A DNA stretch of 32,000 nucleotides from Chlamydiota bacterium (GTDB taxonomy: Bacteria; Auribacterota; JACPWU01). The notes under the pieces were generated by a model. That model did no database searches, was not told where the DNA came from, and saw nothing but the letters and a program-made list of their open reading frames with translations. Positions 15,114-23,597 of the stretch are shown piece after piece. Made by a program: the position numbers and the translations under genes. The stretch spans positions 51,038-83,037 of the forward strand of contig JACPWU010000021.1 of NCBI GenBank assembly GCA_016196885.1, in the 5' to 3' direction. The number at the start of each line of letters is the position of its first letter. The stretch's first letter is position 1.

Positions 15114-15142
15114 ATTCTATAGAGGGAAGCGCTCGGTGTCAA
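15114..15142 (-). promoter_or_regulatory. Candidate sigma70 promoter for rpmH-rnpA-yidD-yidC
   Basis: The minus strand reads TTGACA-N17-TAGAAT (reverse complement of 15137-15142 and 15114-15119), about 125 nt upstream of the rpmH GTG. Confidence 0.45.
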
Positions 15143-15172
15143 GAGCCGTCATTAGATCGGGATAAACAGCCT

Positions 15173-16429
15173 TTAGGCAAGTCCTTGCATTAGCTTAATG
15201 AGAGGCAGGAACATGGCAATGACAATGAATCCAACAATAAAGGCCAGGCAGATGATGAGCAAAGGCTCCAAAATAGAGGTGAGCCCCTGGACGGTGACGT
15301 CCACTTCTTCGTCATAGGTGTCTGCAATTTTGACCAGCATTTCTGCCAAGTTTCCAGTTTGTTCTCCGACATCAATCATGCCGATCACCATGGGCGGAAA
15401 CACCTCACTCTGCTTCAAGGGATCGACAATGGATTCTCCTTCACGAATGCTGTCATGCACAGAGGTGACGGCCCTGGATACGACTTCATTGCCAATGGTG
15501 TCGCGGACAATCATGAGTGCCTTCAAGATGGGAACACCACTCGTCATCAATGTGCCCAGCGTTCTTGAAAAACGGGCGATGGAGATTTTTCGAATGATGT
15601 CGCCAAAAATCGGCATTTTTAATTTGAGTTGATCCAACTTTAATTTGCCCTTGGGCCTGCGGTTGGTGATTCTTAACGCTGTGATGAGAAGGGATACAAT
15701 CAACACAAAAACATACCATCTTCTTTTTGAAAAGTCGCTGATGTTGATCATGACGGTGGTTAAGGTCGGTAAATCAATGTCCAATTCCAGAAAAATATCT
15801 GCAAATTTTGGGATGATAACCGTGATTAAAAAAGTGACAATGCCAAACGCAAAAACCATCACCAAAATCGGATAGATCATGGCTGATTTAATGCGGGACT
15901 TGAGGCGTTGACTCTTTTCCATGAACTCGGCCAGGCGGTTCAGCACCTCATCTAAAACGCCTCCCGCCTCACCGGCCCGAACCATGCTAACGTAAAGTTT
16001 GGTGAAAATCTTTGGGAATCTCTCCAAGGCCTCTGAGAAAGTGCTGCCGCTTTCCACAGCATTGGCCAAGGTAAGAACCGTTTCCTTCAAGGCCTTGTTT
16101 TTTTCCTGCTCTTTCAAGAGATGAAGACATTTTAAAATGGGGAGTCCCGCATCAATTAAAACAGCGAGCTGGCGGGTGAAAACCGTGAGCGCCTTTAGGC
16201 TCAGGGTCCCTCGAAAGAATTTTTTTAAAAAGGTGAAGGATTCTCTCCTTTCCCCAGGGATCGGTATGCGTCCTGATTCAAGAGACTGGCCCCCCGAAGC
16301 CTCTGTCACATTGAGTGGGAAAAGGCCGCGGCCGCGAAGAATATTGATGGCACTGATGGTGTTATCAGCACCCACCGATCCCTTGACCTGCTTGCCTTGC
16401 GCATCGGTAGCGATGTAATCGAATTTCAT
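15173..16429 (-). CDS. pilC: Type IV pilus/T2SS platform protein PilC/GspF
   Basis: Two GspF repeats and three TM segments. N-terminus MKFDYIATDAQGKQVKG is typical; start set at ATG 16429 rather than 16480. Confidence 0.9.
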   Translation of the reverse strand: MKFDYIATDAQGKQVKGSVGADNTISAINILRGRGLFPLNVTEASGGQSLESGRIPIPGERRESFTFLKKFFRGTLSLKALTVFTRQLAVLIDAGLPILKCLHLLKEQEKNKALKETVLTLANAVESGSTFSEALERFPKIFTKLYVSMVRAGEAGGVLDEVLNRLAEFMEKSQRLKSRIKSAMIYPILVMVFAFGIVTFLITVIIPKFADIFLELDIDLPTLTTVMINISDFSKRRWYVFVLIVSLLITALRITNRRPKGKLKLDQLKLKMPIFGDIIRKISIARFSRTLGTLMTSGVPILKALMIVRDTIGNEVVSRAVTSVHDSIREGESIVDPLKQSEVFPPMVIGMIDVGEQTGNLAEMLVKIADTYDEEVDVTVQGLTSILEPLLIICLAFIVGFIVIAMFLPLIKLMQGLA

Positions 16430-16480
16430 GAAGACCCTTTCAAAATCCAAAATTTTCTCACGCAATGATCTTGGGAACAT

Positions 16481-16530
16481 TTTAGATTTTGATCTGTCAT
16501 TTTGATTTTTGCATTTTGATTTTTGATTTT
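16481..16530. repeat. Tandem 7-nt T-rich units (TTTTGAT-like) between pilB and pilC
   Basis: ttttgat/ctgtcat/tttgatt/tttgcat/tttgatt/tttgatt. Shares gtcattttgatttttg with 26047-26062. Confidence 0.7.
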
Positions 16531-16531
16531 A

Positions 16532-18226
16532 CTACGTCTCCTTCACCACTTCTTCAAAGGTTGTCAGCCCATCATAAAGCTTTAGCAGGGCGTCTTCCCT
16601 CAGCGTTCTCATGCCCAGTTCTCGAGCCTTTTGTTTTAGGAAAACCGCCGGGGCCCGTTCCAAGATGAGCTGGCGGATGGGCTCTGTCACCCGTAAGATT
16701 TCATACGCCGCCGTCCGTCCACGATAGCCTGTTTTATTGCATTGGGGGCATCCCTTGCCCTGATAAAATTGAATGCCTCGAATCTGTTCAGGGTTTAAAT
16801 TTAATTGCTCCATAAAATGTTGTCCAGGAGTGATGGCCTCCTTACAATTTTCACAAATTTTTCGGACCAATCGCTGTGCAATGGCGGCCTCCAAAGTGGA
16901 GGTGATGAGAAAAGGTTCCACCCCCATGTCCACAAGCCTCGTGATGCATCCGGCGGCATCGTTTGTGTGGAGCGTGGTGAAAACCAAATGGCCGGTGAGA
17001 GAGGCCTGAACGGCGATTTGAGCCGTTTCAATGTCGCGAATCTCGCCCACCATGATGCGATCGGGATCCTGTCTTAAAATAGCCCTTAAGGCTCGGGCAA
17101 AGGTGAGCCCAATTTCACTTTTCACTGGAATTTGCATGATGCCATCAATTTCATATTCTACCGGGTCCTCTGTGGTAATAATTTTGGAATCAATCGAGTT
17201 CACTTTCTTGAGACAAGAATAAAGCGTGGTGGTTTTTCCGCTCCCCGTGGGCCCTGTGACAATGACGATGCCGTTGGGTTTTTCAATCATTTCCTCAATC
17301 ATTTTTAAATGATCTTCACGAAGACCCAATTGATTTAACTCCAGAGAGACAACGGTTTTGTCTAAAATTCTCATCACAATGCTTTCGCCGAACTGAGTCG
17401 GAAGGGAAGACACGCGCAGATCCACATTGCGGCCTGAAACATTGAGTTGAATGCGGCCATCTTGGGGAAGCCGCCGCTCAGCAATGTCCATATCGGCCAT
17501 TACCTTGATGCGAGAGGTCATGGCCAAACTCAATCGTTTGGGAGGTGGAACCATTTCATAAAGGGCACCATCCACGCGGCAGCGCACCTTAAATTCTTTT
17601 TCAAAAGGTTCCAAATGAATGTCGCTTGAGCGATCCTTAATCGCCTGAAGCAAAATTAAATTGACCAATTTGACAACCGGTGCCTCCCGGGCCAATTCTT
17701 GAAGGCTCGCTACATCCACCGCCCCCGATTCTTCCTCGGCTGTGGCTGTGACCTGAGCATCAATTTCTCCCAAAAGTTCATCCAAAGACTCTTCGGCCTC
17801 ACCATAATATTTGTCAATGGCCGCAAAAACATCTTCTTCAGAGCTGATGACGGCATGAATTTCACAGCCCAAAAGAAATCGCAAGTCATCCAAAATGGTT
17901 GGATTGAAGGGATCTGCCATGGCGACCGTTACGTCATGCCCTCTGGCACGAATAGGGAGTACCCCGTAGAGCTTGGCCGTAGAAGGGCTGATGGTTTTAA
18001 TCACTTGGGGAGGAATGTCAAGCTCTTTGAGATGGACCGTTTCCATGCCTAAGCGCCGACCGAGGGCCTGAAAAACTTCCTCTTCTTTCACAAATCCAAA
18101 ATCCACCAGGGCTCGGCTGACAGATTTTCCAGTTCGGACATGCTCCTCCCGCGCCTCTTGCAATTGTTGAGGCGTCACCATGCCTTCTTCCAGCAAAATT
18201 TTTTCCAAGGGGTCTAGGTCACTCAT
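16532..18226 (-). CDS. pilB: GspE/PilB-family assembly ATPase (paralog 1)
   Basis: N-terminal T2SSE_N/MshEN-like domain, Walker [11 protein letters not shown], Asp and His boxes, tetracysteine CENC...CPQC. Confidence 0.9.
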   Translation of the reverse strand: MSDLDPLEKILLEEGMVTPQQLQEAREEHVRTGKSVSRALVDFGFVKEEEVFQALGRRLGMETVHLKELDIPPQVIKTISPSTAKLYGVLPIRARGHDVTVAMADPFNPTILDDLRFLLGCEIHAVISSEEDVFAAIDKYYGEAEESLDELLGEIDAQVTATAEEESGAVDVASLQELAREAPVVKLVNLILLQAIKDRSSDIHLEPFEKEFKVRCRVDGALYEMVPPPKRLSLAMTSRIKVMADMDIAERRLPQDGRIQLNVSGRNVDLRVSSLPTQFGESIVMRILDKTVVSLELNQLGLREDHLKMIEEMIEKPNGIVIVTGPTGSGKTTTLYSCLKKVNSIDSKIITTEDPVEYEIDGIMQIPVKSEIGLTFARALRAILRQDPDRIMVGEIRDIETAQIAVQASLTGHLVFTTLHTNDAAGCITRLVDMGVEPFLITSTLEAAIAQRLVRKICENCKEAITPGQHFMEQLNLNPEQIRGIQFYQGKGCPQCNKTGYRGRTAAYEILRVTEPIRQLILERAPAVFLKQKARELGMRTLREDALLKLYDGLTTFEEVVKET

Positions 18227-18230
18227 AGAA

Positions 18231-18290
18231 ATAGCGGACAGCGTTCAGCGTACAGGAAAATGAATCCGTTCCTTATAAACTGTCCGCTAT
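18231..18290. repeat. Intercistronic hairpin (11-bp perfect stem, 38-nt loop)
   Basis: atagcggacag (18231-18241) pairs with ctgtccgctat (18280-18290). Confidence 0.6.
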
Positions 18291-18306
18291 ACGTTGCACG
18301 CTCCTT

Positions 18307-19389
18307 TCATCTTCCCTTCTTCTCCCGCTCCATCTCCTTTGGAAATTTCTCACGAATTTGGTCTAAGTCATAAGCCTTAGAAACCATCGTGTCATAGCTG
18401 ATAAGTTTGTTCCGATAGAGCTCGGCCAAGTGAGCGTCCATGGAGATCATGCCGTACTTGGTGCCCGTTTGAATATCAGAAGTAATGCGGTAGGTTTTAT
18501 TCTCCCGAATTAAATTCTGAATCGAAGGAGTGATCACCATGATTTCAAAGGAGGCGATGCGGCCCAATGCATCCGATCGTGGCAAAAGGAGCTGAGAAAT
18601 CACGGCCAAGAGAGAAGTCGCTAGCTGAGCGCGGATCTGCTCTTGCTGATTCGTAGGAAAGGCTCCGATGATACGGTCCACGGTTCGGGCAGCACCCGTC
18701 GTGTGAAGCGTTGCAAAAACCAAATGTCCGGTCTCAGCCGCAGTGATGGCAGCCTCCATCGTGGCCAAATCCCGCATTTCACCCACCAAGATCACATCGG
18801 GATCCATTCTCACACCTCGCACAATAGCCTCTGCAAAAGAAGGAACATCCACGCCCAACTCTCTTTGAGTCACCACTGCACGCTTGTGCTGATGATAATA
18901 TTCAATGGGGTCTTCAACGGTTAAAATATGGACCTCCCTTTCCATATTGATCACGTCAATCATGGAGGCCAAGGTGGTCGTTTTTCCAGACCCCGTCGGG
19001 CCCGTGACCAAAATCAGGCCGCGTGGTTTGTAAAGCAATTCCTTGATCATGGGATTAAATCCGATCTCTTGCAAACCGAGGATACTAGAAGGAATGAGGC
19101 GTAAGGACATGCCGTAAAAACCCTTTTGCTTGTAAATGCTCACCCGAAAACGGGCCTTATCGCTAAAGGTAAATCCAAAATCGCTACCTCCCATTTTGCG
19201 AAGTTTTTCCCAATGCTCTTCAGAGGCAATACCCCGAATCAATCGCTCGGTATCCTCCCCTCGAAGGGCGTCCATTTCCAGGGGGAGCAATCTCCCATTC
19301 AATCTCACATGGGGAGGGGTTCCCACACTGAGATGTAAATCAGATGCATTCTCATCCACTACAATCTCTAAAAGTTCGCTGATTTCCAT
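18307..19389 (-). CDS. pilT: Twitching-motility retraction ATPase PilT
   Basis: 360 aa with no N-terminal extension. [10 protein letters not shown] and a PilT-type AIRNLIRE-like motif ([10 protein letters not shown]). AGGAGG Shine-Dalgarno upstream. Confidence 0.9.
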   Translation of the reverse strand: MEISELLEIVVDENASDLHLSVGTPPHVRLNGRLLPLEMDALRGEDTERLIRGIASEEHWEKLRKMGGSDFGFTFSDKARFRVSIYKQKGFYGMSLRLIPSSILGLQEIGFNPMIKELLYKPRGLILVTGPTGSGKTTTLASMIDVINMEREVHILTVEDPIEYYHQHKRAVVTQRELGVDVPSFAEAIVRGVRMDPDVILVGEMRDLATMEAAITAAETGHLVFATLHTTGAARTVDRIIGAFPTNQQEQIRAQLATSLLAVISQLLLPRSDALGRIASFEIMVITPSIQNLIRENKTYRITSDIQTGTKYGMISMDAHLAELYRNKLISYDTMVSKAYDLDQIREKFPKEMEREKKGR

Positions 19390-19397
19390 AAACCTCC

Positions 19398-19423
19398 TTT
19401 GAACTTTTAAACTTTTGAACTTT
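19398..19423. repeat. Tandem 8-nt units TTTGAACT/TTTAAACT between pilB paralog 2 and pilT
   Basis: tttgaact/tttaaact/tttgaact/tt. Related to 21137-21196 and 9793-9819. Confidence 0.7.
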
Positions 19424-21123
19424 CAGTCTTCGTCTCCCACCGTAATCCTAAAAACCTCTTCCAAGGTGGTGACAGCGCCCAATACCTTTTGAATCCCATC
19501 CTCCCGAAGAGTTTTCATCCCCAATTCTCGACCCCGCTTACGAATCAGGGTACTGGAGGCCTTTTGATAAATCAATTGCCGAATGCTTTCATCAATGGTT
19601 AAAAGCTCCATGATCCCGATACGCCCCCGATAGCCCGTCCCATGACAATTTTCACAACCTTTGCCCTTATAAAAAACCATGTCCTTTAATTGGTCTGAAG
19701 GGACTTTCATTAATTTCAAATGCGGCTCTAGAGGGGTGTAAGGGGCTTTGCATTGTGGGCATATCGTTCTCACCAGTCTTTGCGCCAAGACCCCAATCAG
19801 ACTCGAAGCTACCAAAAAGGGCTTCACGCCTTGATCGATGAGACGCGTGATGGCCCCCGGGGCATCATTGGTGTGAAGCGTGCTAAAAACCAAATGGCCT
19901 GTGAGGGCAGCATGAATAGCAATCTCAGCCGTTTCATGATCGCGAATCTCTCCGATCATGATGACATTCGGAGCTTGCCTCAAAATGGACCGGAGCACAT
20001 TGGCAAAAGAAAGACCAATGGCCTCACTCACTTGAACTTGATTGATGCCCGGTAACTGATATTCTACCGGATCTTCCACGGTGATTAATTTACGATCCGG
20101 CCGATTGATGAAATTTAAACATGCATAAAGCGTCGTGGTTTTGCCGCTCCCCGTAGGACCCGTGATTAAAAGAATTCCATTCGGCTGACTGATCAACTGC
20201 TCATAGCGCTTTTGCTCTTCCGAGAGAAATCCCAATTGCCCCAGCCCCATGAGAACATTGGATTTATCCAAGAGGCGCATGACAATGCTTTCGCCATGGC
20301 TGGTCGGAATGCTGGAGACGCGTAAATCAATTTCCTTGCCCAACAAATTTGCCTTGATGCGGCCATCTTGAGGGAGTCTCCTCTCTGCAATGCTCATGTT
20401 GGCCATGATTTTGAGCCGCGAAATGACGGAGGGCTGAAGGCGCTTGGGAGGGCTTTGCACCTCTTGCAAGACGCCGTCAATACGATAGCGCACTCGAAAT
20501 TTTCTTTCGAGTGGCTCCAAATGAATGTCGCTCGAACGATTTCTAAAAGCCTCTACCATCAAAAGGTTCACAAGTTTTACAATCGGGACATCGGGATCTT
20601 CTTCGGCAATCTCTTCGGCCGCTTCTTTCGAGAGAACCGTGACATCCGTGTCGGCAAACCCCTGGATCACCTGATCCACCACCTCTTCCGTAGCCCCGTA
20701 ATATTTCGTGAGGGCTGCCTCGATTTCTTGAGGATCAGCGATGAGGGTCAAAATATCTTTACGCAAAAGATAATGCAGATTGTCCACCGCATCCAGGTCG
20801 AAGGGATCGGCCATGGCCACCTTCACCTCGCGCCCGTCGTCCTCCAATGGAATGGCGTGATAGCGCTTGGCATAAACGGGATCCAGCAAATGAACAGCAT
20901 CGCAAGGAGGGGAGGCTTCAGCCAGTTCCACTTTCTCAAAATGGAAATGCTGGGCCACAAAATTGATGACTTGAGCCCTTTGGACAAAGCCCATCTCACA
21001 AAGGGCATCGAGAAGGGGTTTTCTGACAATTTTACTAAACTCCTCGGCCTTCTCTCTTTGATCCTCAGAGATGACACCCGCCTCGATCAAAAGATGAATC
21101 ACCTGGGATTCATTCTTGAACAT
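19423..21123 (-). CDS. pilB: GspE/PilB-family assembly ATPase (paralog 2)
   Basis: Same architecture as 16532-18226: N-terminal T2[14 protein letters not shown], and CPQC...CENC zinc motif. Confidence 0.9.
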   Translation of the reverse strand: MFKNESQVIHLLIEAGVISEDQREKAEEFSKIVRKPLLDALCEMGFVQRAQVINFVAQHFHFEKVELAEASPPCDAVHLLDPVYAKRYHAIPLEDDGREVKVAMADPFDLDAVDNLHYLLRKDILTLIADPQEIEAALTKYYGATEEVVDQVIQGFADTDVTVLSKEAAEEIAEEDPDVPIVKLVNLLMVEAFRNRSSDIHLEPLERKFRVRYRIDGVLQEVQSPPKRLQPSVISRLKIMANMSIAERRLPQDGRIKANLLGKEIDLRVSSIPTSHGESIVMRLLDKSNVLMGLGQLGFLSEEQKRYEQLISQPNGILLITGPTGSGKTTTLYACLNFINRPDRKLITVEDPVEYQLPGINQVQVSEAIGLSFANVLRSILRQAPNVIMIGEIRDHETAEIAIHAALTGHLVFSTLHTNDAPGAITRLIDQGVKPFLVASSLIGVLAQRLVRTICPQCKAPYTPLEPHLKLMKVPSDQLKDMVFYKGKGCENCHGTGYRGRIGIMELLTIDESIRQLIYQKASSTLIRKRGRELGMKTLREDGIQKVLGAVTTLEEVFRITVGDED

Positions 21124-21136
21124 ATTATAAGACCCG

Positions 21137-21196
21137 GGTTTAAAGGTTTAAAGGTTCAAAAGATAGAGTTCCTTTGAACCTTTAAACCTTTGAACC
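21137..21196. repeat. Hairpin with tandem 8-nt arms (GGTTTAAA/GGTTCAAA)
   Basis: 16-bp perfect stem, 21145-21160 with 21173-21188, and a 12-nt loop. Extends to 24 bp with 1 mismatch. Confidence 0.8.
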
Positions 21197-21206
21197 TTTC
21201 TTTACA

Positions 21207-21875
21207 TCACCTCGCCAAAATTCTTCTCATGCAATCGCCCGTGTTATCGGCGTGGTTAGCAATTTCCCCAATTTGCTTGATGATGGTCATGAGAAAATAA
21301 ATATGGATGGGGTTCATCTGGCTTTCGAGGGTGAAAAGTTTTTCCAAAAAGAGCTGCTGCAAACTGTCTGTCTCCCATTCTTTTTTCTGAACCGACTCGA
21401 TCAAATCATAAATTTCATGAATAGCCCGGTCGGAAGAATCCTCTTCCAATTTCACGAGTTTTTCACTGGCTTGACAAACGAGGAGAACCGTTTGAGTGAC
21501 CTCTTCCACTGTTTGAATAAGCAAAGCGGCAAGTTCCTTAGGAAGCTCCGTTTTTCGCACGGCCAAAAGCATGCCGACCTCCTCACAAACGTCCGCGATG
21601 TTGTCCTGCTCCTTCAGCATGGCCAGCACATCGGCCCGATGAATCGAGGCAAAGAGGCTTTTGGAGAGATGCTCGCGGATGCGCTTTTTGATTTGATCTG
21701 CCGCATGTTCCTCTTTTGAAATATCTTTTGCAATCGCTTTAATTTCTTCCTGATTGGCTTCTAGAAAGGCCTTCATCAAAGAGGGCAAAAGCTCTATACA
21801 ATCTTTCACCTTCAAAATATGTTCTCTCAAGGGGCCGAAAGGAGACCGCCCAAAGGGTCCGCCAATGGTTTTCAT
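21207..21875 (-). CDS. DUF47/TIGR00153 PhoU-related phosphate-transport regulator
   Basis: Length, helical composition and N-terminus (F.....L.EH..KV..C...L) are typical of the DUF47 family. Adjacent to a phosphate transporter. Confidence 0.75.
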   Translation of the reverse strand: MKTIGGPFGRSPFGPLREHILKVKDCIELLPSLMKAFLEANQEEIKAIAKDISKEEHAADQIKKRIREHLSKSLFASIHRADVLAMLKEQDNIADVCEEVGMLLAVRKTELPKELAALLIQTVEEVTQTVLLVCQASEKLVKLEEDSSDRAIHEIYDLIESVQKKEWETDSLQQLFLEKLFTLESQMNPIHIYFLMTIIKQIGEIANHADNTGDCMRRILAR

Positions 21876-21979
21876 ATGAAAATGGCTCTCTCCTCTCCTT
21901 ATAACCCCTCCATCTCCCCTTAAACTAAGGGGAGGGAAAAAGCTCCCCTCTTATTATAAGAGGGGTTGGGGGAGTTAAT

Positions 21980-23569
21980 TCATTCCAACACCGTCCGTGC
22001 CAAATGAAGAGCGTGGTCCAAGATCCGATCTAAATCTGTGATAAAATCCAAATGGATGGCACTCGTAGCCACGGTTTCTCGAATGCTTTTTCTCAAACGC
22101 TCCAAATGAGAAAGATACATCTTGCGCTTCAAGCGCTTGGCCACTTCTGAGCCCTCAACCATTTCTTGAGCCTTCTGGCGGTTTTTTTCCGCAAAGGCCC
22201 AGAAAGAACCTCGGAATAAATGATAAACCATTTGATGAAATTCTTCCAGCTCCGTTTGACCCTCCATGGAGAATTCTAAATCTTTTCGGATCTTCTTACG
22301 AGCCAAAACCGCCAAATCCTTGCTGATTAAATCACCGATGTGTTCCAGTTGATCGCTTCCATAGAGAAGCCTGACCTCTTCCTGCGTGGCCTGGGATCCC
22401 CATTTTCCGGAGGCCTTTTGCGTCAGAAATTTCACGAAATGAAAATTCAAGAGATCTATTTCCTCATCCGCATCAATGATCTTTTTAAGAAGTTTGGCAT
22501 CATTGTCTCGAAATACATTGAGCATGTCCAAAATCATTTGACCCACGCGATCCGCCATTTCAGAAAGGCCTTTTCTGACCCCCGAAAGACCTTCCTCTTC
22601 TAAAAGATAAGGCTTCCTCACAGGTGCGGGAATCAACCAGCGAAGGAATTGACCCGCCCATTTTGTCCCGGGAAGAAGGACGAGAGATGTCACCCCATTA
22701 AACAACGTATGGGTATTTGCAACAAAGTGGCTGGGCGTGAAGAGGGTCGGCCAAAACCCTTCGGTCAAAGAATGGACCCATTTCCCAAAAAGGGGCAAAA
22801 GGGGAATGACGAGGGCCACCCCTGTTAATTTCATCATGAGATGCCCCACGGAAAGACGCCAGGCATTGGCGCCTCGCCCGAGGCTTGCGAAAAGGGCGCT
22901 CACGCAAGTTCCCACATTGGCCCCGAGCACCCAGGCGACCGATTCCTGAGGGCTGAGCGAGCCTTGACTCACCAAGGTCATCACAAGTACAATGGCCGCG
23001 GCACTCGAATGAATCAAGGCTGTTAAAAGGAGGGCCGCAAAAAAGCCCAGAGAGAAGGAGTGGCCGATCCAAATGAGTCCCTGAGCAACCCAGGGAACAT
23101 CTTTCAGAGGACCGAACGCGGCGTTCATCAAACCGATCCCATAAAAACTGAGGGCAAATCCCAAGAGACCCCGGCCCAAGGATTTGAGCCGCTCCCCCTG
23201 AAAAAATTTCATCAAAGCAAAGCCCAGCGCCACCCCTGCCAAGGCTAGGCTCGATAAGTCAAAGGCTAGAATTTGAACTGTAAAGGTGGTCCCAATATTG
23301 GCCCCCAATAGAATCGCCAGGGCCTGCTCCAATCCCACCAGAGAGCTGTTCACAAAACTCACCAACATCACAGAGGTCACACTGGAAGACTGAAGCGTCA
23401 GGGTGGATAAGATCCCAAAAAAAAGAGCCGCCAGATGGCTGCGCGTCGCCCAATTCAAAATCACACGCATTCTCTGAGCGGCAAATTCCTGAAGACCTGT
23501 GCTTGCCAGGTCCAGGCCATAGAGAAAAAGCGTTAGACCTCCGATAAGTTTGAGAATTGGAATGAGCAT
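21980..23569 (-). CDS. Na+/phosphate cotransporter family protein with C-terminal PhoU-like domain
   Basis: Duplicated Na_Pi_cotrans membrane repeats (SSSVTSVMLVSF..., GANVGTCV...) followed by a soluble helical tail. Confidence 0.85.
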   Translation of the reverse strand: MLIPILKLIGGLTLFLYGLDLASTGLQEFAAQRMRVILNWATRSHLAALFFGILSTLTLQSSSVTSVMLVSFVNSSLVGLEQALAILLGANIGTTFTVQILAFDLSSLALAGVALGFALMKFFQGERLKSLGRGLLGFALSFYGIGLMNAAFGPLKDVPWVAQGLIWIGHSFSLGFFAALLLTALIHSSAAAIVLVMTLVSQGSLSPQESVAWVLGANVGTCVSALFASLGRGANAWRLSVGHLMMKLTGVALVIPLLPLFGKWVHSLTEGFWPTLFTPSHFVANTHTLFNGVTSLVLLPGTKWAGQFLRWLIPAPVRKPYLLEEEGLSGVRKGLSEMADRVGQMILDMLNVFRDNDAKLLKKIIDADEEIDLLNFHFVKFLTQKASGKWGSQATQEEVRLLYGSDQLEHIGDLISKDLAVLARKKIRKDLEFSMEGQTELEEFHQMVYHLFRGSFWAFAEKNRQKAQEMVEGSEVAKRLKRKMYLSHLERLRKSIRETVATSAIHLDFITDLDRILDHALHLARTVLE

Positions 23570-23597
23570 GAATACCCACTAACCTCAAAGAAAAGCG

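Noticed and set aside
20368-21177. 269-aa plus-strand ORF antisense to pilB paralog 2. The same applies to other antisense or overlapping track ORFs, for example 8174-8569, 12384-12836, 14589-15072, 16137-16418, 17699-18052, 21252-21719 and 22698-23072.
   Set aside because: Each lies fully inside a strongly supported gene on the opposite strand or in another frame. None has a recognisable motif or a ribosome-binding site. They are typical shadow ORFs.
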